DNA of 61,053 nucleotides, filler included, from Squatina squatina (lineage: Eukaryota), in NCBI GenBank assembly GCA_031763465.1. It is 3 parts of 3 records of this genome, joined end to end, with 100 filler letters (N's around TTAATTAATTAA, not from the genome) between each part and the next. Parts side by side here need not be neighbours in the genome. Positions count along the whole stretch, not along the records: positions 1 to 19,410 come from JARFOE010000149.1; 2 more parts are not named here. One strand, 5' to 3'. The first letter of the stretch is position 1, and each line of letters opens with the position of its first letter. Shown piece by piece: positions 1 through 11,520 of this stretch. Made by a program: the position numbers and the translations under genes. The notes beneath the pieces are model-generated. The model was not told the origin of the DNA and made no database searches. It saw only the letters and a list, made by a program, of their open reading frames with translations.

Positions 1-81
1 CCCAACCAAGTTCTTGACCTCCACCCCTCAGCCCAAGTTTCTGACCTCCTCCCCCCACCCAAGTCTCCCTCCATATGCTTT

Positions 82-272
82 TAACTCCCCTGCTTTTCTT
101 CAAAATAGTGCCATGGGATCTTTTACATTCACCTCAGAGAGCAGACGGCCTCGGTTTAACGCCTCACCTGAAAGACTGCACCTCCGACAGTGTAGTACTC
201 CCTCAGCACTGCAAGTGTCAGCCTAGATTTATGTGCTCAACTCCCTGGAGTGAGACTTGAACCCACAACCTT
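82..272 (-). mobile_element. Deu-domain SINE (SacSINE1/AmnSINE1-like), partial
   Basis: Reverse complement of the repeat at 14030-14455 and 20255-20650. Confidence 0.8.
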
Positions 273-399
273 AAGAACAAATGAGTTAGTATGCCATAGG
301 ATTAACAGTTAACTTTTTCTCAAGTTACATATTAGAAAGAAGCACAGAATACCACTATACACCCCTGATCTTCTCACAGATATAAAAACAGATTTTGAT

Positions 400-549
400 C
401 AGGAATTTCCTCAGAGCTGCACTTGCTCCTTTGCAATAACTTCACCTGAAGTGTGGTGGAAACCCCAACTGCGCATGTAAACAGGGTTTCCACTGCACTT
501 CTGGCAAAGTTACAACAGCGGAGTGGAAACAGCTATGAGGAAAATCCTG
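400..549. mobile_element. Palindromic MITE-like element
   Basis: caggaatttcctca...tgaggaaaatcctg ends, with inner arms gaagtgtggtggaaaccc/gggtttccactgcacttc. Confidence 0.6.
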
Positions 550-848
550 TGTAGTTTGTTTCACACTAGACTACAATTCAAATCTATTGAAAGAAACGGA
601 TCATCCAGTAAACAGCATTACAGTACTTAACTTTCAGTAGTACTTTAAGCCGCTTTGTGAGAATAAAATGGCAGAAGTGCTTCAAAGTCATGTTTTGGAT
701 TCCTTTAACTCAGACTTGGAGGGTTATAATATGAACACAAGGTCAATGNNNNNNNNNNNNNNNNNNNNNNNNNNNNNNNNNNNNNNNNNNNNNNNNNNNN
801 NNNNNNNNNNNNNNNNNNNNNNNNNNNNNNNNNNNNNNNNNNNNNNNN

Positions 849-950
849 CTTTGCTGCACTCCCTCCATAGTAAGAGCATCCTTCCTCAGATAAGGAGACC
901 AAAACTGCACACAATACTCGAGGTGTGATCTCACCAAGGCCCTGTATAAT
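849..950 (-). mobile_element. CR1 RT C-terminal fragment
   Basis: [19 protein letters not shown]. Confidence 0.85.
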
Positions 951-1662
951 GTACCACTGTCATCAAGGCTGATTTTAAAAATTTAAATATTGCAATATAT
1001 TAACTGCCGATAACTCGCATGATTGCTAGCCCTTCAGTGATTTGAACAGCATGAAAAGATCTTGATTCGTCTTGTATGCCGAGAGGTCCCAGCGAAACCT
1101 TTTACTCTCTCTTGTATCATTTTTCTTTTCAAATCTGTAAACATTGTAATTAGGATATTGAAACTAAATTCAAGACTCTGGAGATGAGAAACTGGAGCAT
1201 GTAGTTTTCAACTGGACTCTGGCTATCATTAGGTAGTGGTGCTGATGTATATTGGCTATTTTACACTTAAAAAGCTTAGATCCCACACAGATGTTTTTGT
1301 GACTGTTTGGCATAACAAGCAAGCAAGTTGTTATAAATAGGAGTCCATACATTTATACATTTTGGTGTCAAATTTTCTTTGATAATGCTCCTGTGCTTAA
1401 GGAGCTATATAAATGCAAGTTGTTAATGTAGANNNNNNNNNNNNNNNNNNNNNNNNNNNNNNNNNNNNNNNNNNNNNNNNNNNNNNNNNNNNNNNNNNNN
1501 NNNNNNNNNNNNNNNNNNNNNNNNNNNNNNNNNNNNNNNNNNNNNNNNNNNNNNNNNNNNNNNNNNNNNNNNNNNNNNNNNNNNNNNNNNNNNNNNNNNN
1601 NNNNNNNNNNNNNNNNNNNNNNNNNNNNNNNNNNNNNNNNNNNNNNNNNNNNNNNNNNNNNN

Positions 1663-1812
1663 TTGTCCGATCCTGTCACTGTTTTCCAAGTGCTCTGCTA
1701 TTACATCTTTTATAATGGACTCTAGCATTTTCCCCACTATTGATGTCAGGCTAACTGGTCTATAATTCCCTGCTTTCGCTCTACCACCATTTTTAAATAG
1801 TGGGGTTACATT
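1663..1812 (-). mobile_element. CR1 ORF2 fragment
   Basis: NYRPVSLTS-like region then GKMLESIIKDVIAEHLENSDRIGQ. Confidence 0.8.
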
Positions 1813-2690
1813 AGGGACGAGGTAAGGAGGGATTTGAAAACAAGGATGAGGATTTTAAAATTGAGGTGTCATCAGACCGGGAGCCAATGTAGATCAGCAA
1901 GCACAGGGGTGATGGGTGAACTAGACTTGGAGTGAGTTAAGATACGAGCAGCGAGAGTTTTGGATGAGCACATGGAAGATGGGAGACCGGTCAGGAGAGC
2001 ACTGGCACAAGTCAAGGCCAGAGGTAACAAAAGCATGGATGAGGGTTCCAGCAGCAGTTGAGCAGAGGCAGAGGTGGAGATGGACGATGTTACTGAGGTG
2101 CAAGTAGGTGGTCTTGGTGATAAAGCGAGTATTGGGGTAGAAGCTCATCTCAGGGTCAAATAAGATCTCAAGTTTGTGAGTGGTCTTGTTTAGCCTCAGA
2201 TGGTGACCAGGGAGAGGAATGACGTTGGTGGCTGGTGAATGGAGTTTGTGGCGGGGACTGAAGACAATGGCTGCAATCTTCCCAATATTTATTCAGAGGA
2301 AATTTCTGCTCATTCAAAACTAGATGTTGGACAAGCAGTGGCGCAATTCAGAGGCAATAGTGGGGTCAAGAGAGGTGGTGGTGAGGTAGAGCTAGGTGTC
2401 ATCAGTGTACATGTGGAGCCTGATGTTGTGTTTTTGGATGATATCTCTGAGGAGCAGCATTTAGATGAGAAATAGGAAGAGGCCATGGATAGGTCCTTGG
2501 GGGACTTGGAGGTAATGGTGCCAGAGTGAGAAGAGGAGCCAGTGCAGAGGATCCTCTGGCTATGACTGGAGAGATGAAAATGGAACCAGGCAAGTCCAAT
2601 CCCACTGAGCTGGATGATGGAAGAGAGACGTTGGAGGAGGAGGGTGAGGTGAACTGTGTGAAAAGCTGCAGACAAGTCACCATGGAGGAG
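1813..2690 (-). mobile_element. L2 LINE RT fragment
   Basis: LLHGDLSAAFHTVH..LLQRL..LAWF..; TLIHAFVTSGLD, decayed L2 RT motifs. Confidence 0.85.
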
Positions 2691-5239
2691 NNNNNNNNNN
2701 NNNNNNNNNNNNNNNNNNNNNNNNNNNNNNNNNNNNNNNNNNNNNNNNNNNNNNNNNNNNNNNNNNNNNNNNNNNNNNNNNNNNNNNNNNACAGGCTGTT
2801 TCCAGTGGTTGAGGGGTCTAGAATGAGGGGAGATAGAGAGAGATACAAGATTAAAAGTAAGGGATTTAGGATGGAGAGCAGGAGAGAGTTGTGAAGCTGT
2901 GGGATACACCCACTGGAGTTAGTGATTGAAGCAGGAGGCATGTCAACAAAACAAAAACAAAATGAAAGGAGATGGGAACAATGCAGGCACATCAGATTCG
3001 AAATACTGCTCATGTGCAGGATAGACACCAATAGGAACTGGTTGAGTCAAACGATCTGTTTTCCATGTTGTAATTTCCAGGTCATTCTCTCCAAAATGTT
3101 AAGTCCTAATTCACTCCAAATGAACCACCAGAACTACTCCTTGAATCCCATTGACTGCTGTCCTTTACCCATGTTGGTCCGCTTTCTCATCCTCCTTGCA
3201 CATTTTTTCTTACCCAACCGCACGGCCTCTTCCCTAATGGCATACCAAGGGCTCTTAGCTGGCAGTGCCAATGCCTACCTTCAGAGGGCCCCAATCCTTG
3301 TGCCCACAAATGTCCATCACCTAAACACCGGCATCATCAGAGAAAGCCACCACAACAGCACTGGGATCCTGCCGCTGAACTAATGAGCTTCAAAGACAGG
3401 ACTGTATAAATGTTAATGTCAACTTAGAAATGTAGTAGAAACAGGATGTATACTAAGGGCTGAATATGGTGGATTTTTTCCTTCTCAAAAGATAAATAGG
3501 TTAAGTAAAGGAAACTTGGATTTTCACCGGTTCTGTCAGATAATTGCTTTGGCCCAACCTTGTGTAGCCACATGTTCCCAGAAATCACCCTCAGTCAATT
3601 TAAGACAGTAAACAGCANNNNNNNNNNNNNNNNNNNNNNNNNNNNNNNNNNNNNNNNNNNNNNNNNNNNNNNNNNNNNNNNNNNNNNNNNNNNNNNNNNN
3701 NNNNNNNNNNNNNNNNNTGAAAGGCCTCTCGTTTTTATTTCTCTACATTTTCAATTTGCCTCGGTCTCTCAAGTCCTGTCGAATTTGGACAATTGTTCCT
3801 TCACCTCAAAATGCAGTCGGGCACCATTAGACCGCGACCTTCCCCCTACACTCCCCTACCTCCCCTCAGCAGCAGCTCCATGTGGCCCTAAATTTCAGGC
3901 TCACTAACATGGGACACGGGGAAATAGTGAGCGAAGGAGATAAAGGTTTTTAAAAAGTGAATCACGCGCATTTGCTTGAAGATACGTCGATGAAAGTGGG
4001 CCTCGCTGCTCAAGACCCTGGCCCTCAATGAAAAGTTAAGTCAGGGCCCGTTGGCTCACCTGAGCTGAATGTACTGAGGTCTCTTATTCTCTGCGTGTGT
4101 GCAAAGGTTGCATTTTTCCCCGCGCGCCTCCCTTCTTTACACGCTCCCTTGGCCTCTTTTGGTTTCTATATTTGTTCTACATTTCTGTCCTCCATTGACA
4201 CAAACAGGCAAATATTTGNNNNNNNNNNNNNNNNNNNNNNNNNNNNNNNNNNNNNNNNNNNNNNNNNNNNNNNNNNNNNNNNNNNNNNNNNNNNNNNNNN
4301 NNNNNNNNNNNNNNNNNNGCCAGGACGCCATCATCCAAGATCCACGAGGCAGCCCCGACTACGCAGCAACTCCAGGATTGGTGAGCATAGCACACGTGGG
4401 TCTGTACTCTCCCGAGCAGTCAGGGGCCCAAACAGGGGACTCAGCGGCCTCTCCCTTAGAGGGTATAATTAGTGGGAAATCAACTAGAGGCCAATCGGAT
4501 GACCTGTCTAAATTGCTGTATAATAATTTGGCTCAGGTATTATTAATGCGCTGGTCTTCCTCAGTCCTTCGGCAATTTTGTATAATTAGTTTCAGTGAAG
4601 AGATAATAAACATTCTATTCGATCATGAACTCTGAAACACTGTGTTCTGTGCGTTCCTCTAAAACTCTCTCCCGAAAAATCCCTTCACCTTCAGTCGATG
4701 GCTCCCTGCCTAAATACATAAAGGCATGCGTGTCCGGGCCACTGTCGATCACATGGTAGACTCAGGGAAGGGAGTGTGCGGTTTACAATGGTTAGACATA
4801 AACGTTCATGTTTTTCTACTCATTGGTTCCAATAATGAAGCCGAGGATCCCAGATGCATTTTCACAGCATTCGGAATGCATTTGTAAACTTCAATCACTT
4901 CTGCACGCACACTCACAGGTCCCTGTCCCTGCTCCCCCTTTACATTGCATGATTTAACTATATAGTTTTCTCCTCTTTCTGCTAATCTTTGTTATCAAAC
5001 ACTTAATAAACTGCCGAACCAAAACTATGCAGAACCAATTTGGATATTTTCAATTCACTTCACTTTAACAGCCTTTTGAGTGAGACAGAACGGAGAAATT
5101 TGCCGCGGAGTGGGCGGCAACTGCAGTAGGCCGCAAGCCCAGAATAATAACCTGGAGGTGCTGCGATTGCATCTTCGGGGCTTCTCTCGGTCACAGGCTA
5201 ATGGCCGCCCTCTTTTTACAGGAGACAAGTGGCAGAGTT

Positions 5240-7010
5240 CCAGGTGACGTTACAACTCAAAAAGTGACGTGGGCAAGAGGAATCTGCTGATTGGGTGAGT
5301 ACAGTCAGGTGAGTATTTTTACTAATCTATAGTTTGATGGTAAATGTTAAAATTTATAATGCTGAGAAGGCCAATATATTGTGGTTTATAGTTTCTACGG
5401 TATCTAAGGATCTGTGAGGCCTTTCCAGAGCAGCGGAGGAGAGGGGCACAGCGGCTGAGGTAAGAGAACGGGGATTTTCAAAATTTGACATGACACAGGG
5501 GAGCCAGCAAATTGGCAAGTAAACAGGAGGGGAGTTGTTCAATTTTTTTTTTAATTTTAACTAAATTGTTTAAGTTTTTCTTTCAATTGTGAGTAGAAAT
5601 TAGCACTAATTTATCAGTTAATGAAATACAATAGAAATGTCAGGGCAGGCGAGGTGTTGCAGCTGTATGATGTGGAAGTTGCTGGACACCAGGTTGATCC
5701 AGGGCGACCAAATCTGCATTAAGTGTCTGCAGTTCGATGAACTCCGGCTCCGAGTTGAGGAGCTGGAGTCCGAACTGCAGAAATTGCAATGCCTCAGGGA
5801 AGGGGAGAGTTTCCTGCACATTTTGCTCACGGAGGTAGACACACCCGTTAGAGTCGATAATTCACTTTTGGTATGTGGTCAGGGACAGCAGTGTGTGAAT
5901 TCAGGTGAGGCAGGTACGGGGATCCAGGAGGTCGTGTTGGAGGAATCTCCGCCCCTGCACTTGTCCAAATGTTACGAGTTTCTTGAAAGCTTTGTGGAGG
6001 AGAGCAGGGACTCCAGGGTGGATGAGCAACCTGACCACAACACCGTGTTACAGGGGGCTATTCAAGTGGGGGGAGCAAAAAGGAACGTAGTAGTGGGAGG
6101 GCACAGTATATTTAGAGGAATAGATTCTGTTCTCTGCAGCCAAGAGCGAGAGTCCCGAAGGCTGTGTTGCCTGCCCGGTGCCAGGGTTAGCGACATCTCC
6201 TCAGGGATGGAGAGGAACCTGGAATGTGAGGTTAGGGATCAGGTTGTCGTCCACTTTGACATCAACGACATTGGTAGAACCGGAAAGGTGGTTTTCATAC
6301 TGAAAGAGTATGAGCAGCTAGGTTCCAAATTAAAAAGCAGAACTTCTAAGGTTATAATCTCAGGATTACGGCCTGAGCAACATGCAAATTGATGTTGGAT
6401 TAATCAGATCAAGCATTTAAATATGTGGCTCAAAGACTGGTGTTGGAGAAATGGGTTTCAATTCATGGGGCACTGGCAGAAGTACTGGGATAGAGGTGTG
6501 CTGTTCCGGTGGGATTGTCTTCACTCGAACTGTGCTGGTACCAGAGTCCTGGGGAATCGAACAAATATTGAAGTAGAAAAGGCTTCAAACTCAGTACCGG
6601 GGGTGGGGGGCAGGCTTCAGCAGATGTGGGTAGAAATGTGGCAAGAGATAAGGTTGAGGCAAAAATGCAAGGACGATGGTTGGGTATTGAGATCCAGAAT
6701 GTGACAGGAAGGGCCAGCGCGTATGAGCATCAAAGAGTAAGAGCAAATAGGGCCATTGCAAGGAAAGGAACTTACGGACTAAACTAATGGCTCCATATCT
6801 GAGTGCACATAGTGTCTGTAATAAAAGGAATGAACTAATTGCACAACTGGAAATGGGTATGATCTGATTGCCATTTCAGCGACATGGTTACAAGGAGATC
6901 AAAGCTGGGAACTCAATGTTCCAGGATTTCTGACTTTTCAGACGGATTGGCAGGAAGGAAAATTTGGTGGGCAGCTCAGTTAATGAGAGATGAAATAATT
7001 ACAGTTGGAA
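5240..7010 (+). mobile_element. CR1-type LINE 5' end: 5'UTR, ORF1 (zinc finger, leucine zipper, SGNH esterase) and decayed ORF2 endonuclease start
   Basis: ORF 5637-6392 has CxxC..CxxC, LRLRVEELESEL coil, VVVGGHSIFRG, CLPGARVSD; continues in frame past one TGA to WLKDWC..GF..DCLH; an APE-like fragment follows at ~6790-7000. Confidence 0.88.
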
Positions 7011-7739
7011 GCAAAATCAGTTTATGCAGAGAATATATAGAATCTGCAACTGGCTACCTTCTAATGTCATTGAGATGAATAGAATATATAAATTTAGACG
7101 TAAGTTAGCCAAACAGACATTAGAAATCATGAATGGAAGATTCTGCTGATTCTGTTCGATGAGAAAGATTGCAGGAGACTCGTGTGCAGCATAAGCATCG
7201 GCAGGACATTTGGGTGGAATGGACTGTTGCTGTGCTGTGATTTTGCATTGTTCTCAGCAAATATCAGTGAGATTGTGAGCCGGTTCATCCTGACAGGAGG
7301 GAATGGGCAGAAGTGTGCAGCTTCAAAGAGTTAGTTAAATATTTAATTTAATATTCTTTGTTATTCTTTTGTGTTCCTTTCGAAGAATTTCATTCAGATT
7401 GAAAACAGAAGAGTGTGTCGTGAGAGAAAACAACATTTTTACTTCAAAGACTAACCAGAGAAAAATGCAACTCATGTCTTACAAGGATAGGAGCTGAGCT
7501 CGTGCATACTGAGCATCCAGAGTCAGCTATGGAGTTACGGATAAGAAGAAATGACAACAGAACTTTAAGACACAGATGGCATCATTTTGTGGTATTGAAA
7601 TTGGTTTGTGTCGAATTCTCTCCTATCCGCCCACTGCACATGCTTCCCCTTCCCCAGCCGCAAAAATGAAATGTGGTTTAGTTGTTTGGTTGATGTTACT
7701 ATCCGAATCATTTCTGTGTTAGCAGTTACAAATCAGTTC

Positions 7740-8460
7740 GATGAACGAATAGAGAGCCGATTATGCAAAGTGGAAGCACATGGAATGAGGAGGCAACCTT
7801 TTGACATGGGTGGAGAATTGATCAGGTGGTACAAGATGGAGACTGTAATAGTGGGTATCTGATCACTTCTGCAGGGTTACATTAGTGTCGCAGTTATGTT
7901 GCTGTACTGGTCATCCAGTAGGTCAGGACTGATGACTCAGCGACATGAATTCAATTCCCACTGAGGCAACTGGGGAGTTTAAATTCAGCTCATCAAATCT
8001 TACTGGAAAACAGGTTCTGGTATCAGTAATGGTGATATCCATAAAATCTGCTAGAAATAACTGCCTTCCAGTGATGTTCATATTCCGTGGACGAATAAGA
8101 AAGAGTGATGTCCTCCAGGGATCTCACCTTAATTTACGTGCCACAGCAAGTTGTGTTGACTTGAATAGAAAGTTCCAAGCGGACATTGACAGATTATATG
8201 AGTGGGGAAATCTGTGGCAGATGAGATTCAATGTTGGGAAGTGTGAATTCATCGACTTTGGGCCTTTGAAATGTAGATCACAGCATTTTCTAAATGGCGA
8301 CAATCCACAAAGTGCAGAGGAGTAGGAAGATTTAAGGGGAAAACTGTAGAATTCACGAACAATGAGAGAACATTTACAAAAGTACTGAAACACGAGAATA
8401 CAATATCGGCCATCCCATCAAGAGGGCTGGATTGCAAGGGGTGACATTTGTGTTGTATAG
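7740..8460 (+). mobile_element. Decayed CR1 RT fragments with a nested SINE-like piece (~7870-8075)
   Basis: RLCKVEAHGMR; FQADIDRLYEWGNLWQMRFNVGKCE. Confidence 0.8.
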
Positions 8461-9260
8461 AAATATAGAAACATAGAAAATTGGTGCAGGAGTAGGCCAT
8501 TTGGCCCTTCGAACCTGCACCGCCATTGAATATGATCATGGCTGATCATCCAACTCAGCACACTGTACCTGCTTTCTCTCCATACCCCCTGATCCCTTTA
8601 GCCACAAGGGCCACATCGAACTCCCTCTTAAATATAGCCNNNNNNNNNNNNNNNNNNNNNNNNNNNNNNNNNNNNNNNNNNNNNNNNNNNNNNNNNNNNN
8701 NNNNNNNNNNNNNNNNNNNNNNNNNNNNNNNNNNNNNNNCCCCTTAATCTTCTAGGGAATACAAGCCTAGTCTATACAACCTGTCCTCATAATTTAATCC
8801 TTTTAGCCCTGGTATTATTCTGGGGAATCTGCGCTGCACCCCATGTTGGCAGGGGGTACCACTGGCACAGACGCCCATGTCACTCGCTCTCTCGCGTCTC
8901 GACTGATCCTAGAATCATAGAATAGTTACAACGCAGAAGGAGGCCAATTGGCCCGTCAAGCCCGTGCTGGCTCTCTGCAAGAGCACTTCAGCTCGTCCCC
9001 CTCCCCCTCCCATAGCCCTGCAATTCTTTTTTCCTTCAGGTACTTATCCAACTCCCTTTTGAAAGCCACGATTGAGTCTGCCTCCATCACCCTTTCAGGC
9101 AGCGCATTCCAGATCCTAATCACTTGCTGCGTAAAAAAGGTTCTGCCAATCACCTTAAATCTGTGTCCTCTGGTCCTCAACCCTTCCGCCAATGGGAACA
9201 GTTTCTCTCTATCTACTCTGCCTCTGGAACACCGCTATCAAATCTCCCCTCCTTACATCA
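8460..9260 (-). mobile_element. CR1 3' ends (two or more copies)
   Basis: RTRGHRFKVIG..FFTQQVIRIWNALPERVMEADSIVAFKRELD; shark CR1 tail motif acatagaaa..ggccattyggccc. Confidence 0.85.
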
Positions 9261-10887
9261 TTTAAGTGGTGAGCTGTTAATCTTCATCAGCTGTAATGCG
9301 GAGTGGGGATGGTGTTGAGGGAAGTTATGGAATAGAAAGAGGAAATTACTTGTGGTCTCACCTCATGCACACTGGATGAGTAACACGATTGAAGAGTTGA
9401 GTTATATCATACTTGAAGGTTGAGTACCAGTAAATAAAAGCATAAAGAAAGGTAATAGCATTTTGGGTCTCATAAATGGAGGCATGGGGTACAAGGGCAA
9501 AGTGGTTAAGAGGCGAAGTGATGAAAAGATTAAGGGTGCAATTCCCATTGAACTCAATGGAATGAGAATCAGACGAGTGCTATAATGGTCCACTCCACCA
9601 CATTACTCCCATGGCAGTGAAGTTAAAAAATTCTGCCCCTTGTGTCCAGTATCTAGAAGCAGCAGAATGGGCCAGTAATACAAGAAGCATGTGAAGTGGA
9701 GGAATGGGGCCTGCCCTGTGTATTAGCCATTAGACTCGACTATGTGCGGGAATTGGCGAGAATATTGGGGGACTTTTCTCTTCAAGTTTCACGTGCCTAT
9801 GTTTTTTACATTTCTCCAATACATATACCTGCACAGCCCATGGTATTTCTTGTTTTTTTTTACCTCAGGACCATTCTTGAGATAATCAGTCTTTTTGGAG
9901 GTGGTGTCAGTTTTCGAGATGCTGATGGTCAGTTTTTGCTAGTTTTCTATGATATTCTAATTTCCATCTGTTACAGATATTTCAAAAGCTGTCTGCGGAC
10001 TGTACAGAGGCTTAAGCATTAACTTTCAGCTAAAGCTATGCTGTTGATGCTGGTCTCTCTCTCTCCCCAGGGCTCATCTACAGTTTTTCCACTGGACTTA
10101 CCTCTTCTGCTGTATGATTACTTTGAGTGAGATGCGCTGCTATGAATTCTCATTCTGTTTCCTGTCAATATTAAGAACTTCAACTTAAAATCTGTCACTG
10201 TCAAACTTGTCTTGTCAAACAGGGACTTTTCACTGAAAAATGTGTAGCTTCAGCCTTCAAATTATGAGCTGAATTGGCTCTTAATCACTCTGAAATAAAC
10301 CATTAATGCTAGCAGTGAAGACAAAATGTCCTATATGCAAATTGACTACCATCAGCTCCAGATCTGTACAACCTCTACCAACAAGTTATAAAATGTAGCT
10401 CCCTGATTTTTCTCATTAACTGTACGTTTTATCTCTTCTCACAGGAGTTCTTCAGAATTATACAAGAATTTCCACCAATAATCACTGATCATTCTTCGTG
10501 GAAGAACAATCAGAGCAAACACCCACATTTGCTCTGTAAAGTAGCAGTTCTTCAGGTCTCAATTGACTGAGAATACCTGAACTTGCTGCTGAGTACAGTC
10601 TCAATGTTTTTATAAAGATGACTTTAGTAATCTATGGTCCAAATTATACCTGACATTGACATTAATACCAGTGCACATTGCTGAAATAAAGTATTGACCA
10701 CAGTCATTAAGTAAACACTAAAATCCCTCAGCAGGCCAAGAAAAAGCTAATGTAACCAGAATTGTTTAAAAATGGTTGATCTTACANNNNNNNNNNNNNN
10801 NNNNNNNNNNNNNNNNNNNNNNNNNNNNNNNNNNNNNNNNNNNNNNNNNNNNNNNNNNNNNNNNNNNNNNNNNNNNNNNNNNNNNNA

Positions 10888-11520
10888 GGGAGGGTGGTAG
10901 GTGGTAATCAGCAGGAGGTTTCCTTGCCCATGCTTGACCTGAAGCCATGAGACTTCATGGGGTCTGGAGTCAATGTTGAGGACTCCCAGGGCCACTCCCT
11001 CCCAACTGTATAGTACTGAGCCGCCACCTCGGGTGGGTCTGGCCTGCGGGTGGGGCACGACTTACCCAGGGATGGTGATGGAGGATTCTGGGACATTGGC
11101 TGAAAGGTACGATTCTGTGAGTATGACTATGTCAGGCTATTGCTTGACTAGTTTGTGGGATAGCTCTCCCAATTTTGGCACAAGTCCGCAGATGTTAGGG
11201 AGGAGGGCCTTGCAGGATCGACTGGGCTGGGTGTGGCGTTGTCAAGTCCGAAGCTGGTGTCGAGCTCGATGCCGGGTGGTCCGTCCTTTTTTATTCTTAT
11301 TATTGTTTTTCATAATGGTTTCTTACAACTGAGTGGTTTGTTATGCCATTTCAGAGGACAGTTAAGAGTCAACTACATTGCTGTGGGTCTGGAGTCACAT
11401 ATAGGCCAGACAGGTAAGAATGGCAGGTTTCCTTCCCTAAAAAGGACACTGGTGAACCAGTTGGGTTTTTACAACAATCCAACAGCTTCATGGTCACTAT
11501 TACTGATACTAGCTTTTTAT
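10888..11520 (-). mobile_element. CR1-superfamily LINE (non-CR1 subclade) 5' end: SINE-like 5' region directly followed by APE endonuclease ORF
   Basis: ATG at 11313 opens a frame (with decay stops) NICGLVPKLGELSH..PDIVILTESYL..IPG..RPTRGGG..LLLITTYHPP; upstream 11320-11520 matches the repeat at 26725-26830 and 57511-57545. Confidence 0.8.

Noticed and set aside
4060-4380. Possible micro-exon (4090-4060, minus) and exon end (4319-4380, plus)
   Set aside because: Too short or gap-truncated to assign; no recognisable peptide
9696-10022. 108-aa hydrophobic plus-strand ORF
   Set aside because: GTG start, T-rich composition and no recognisable family; likely chance
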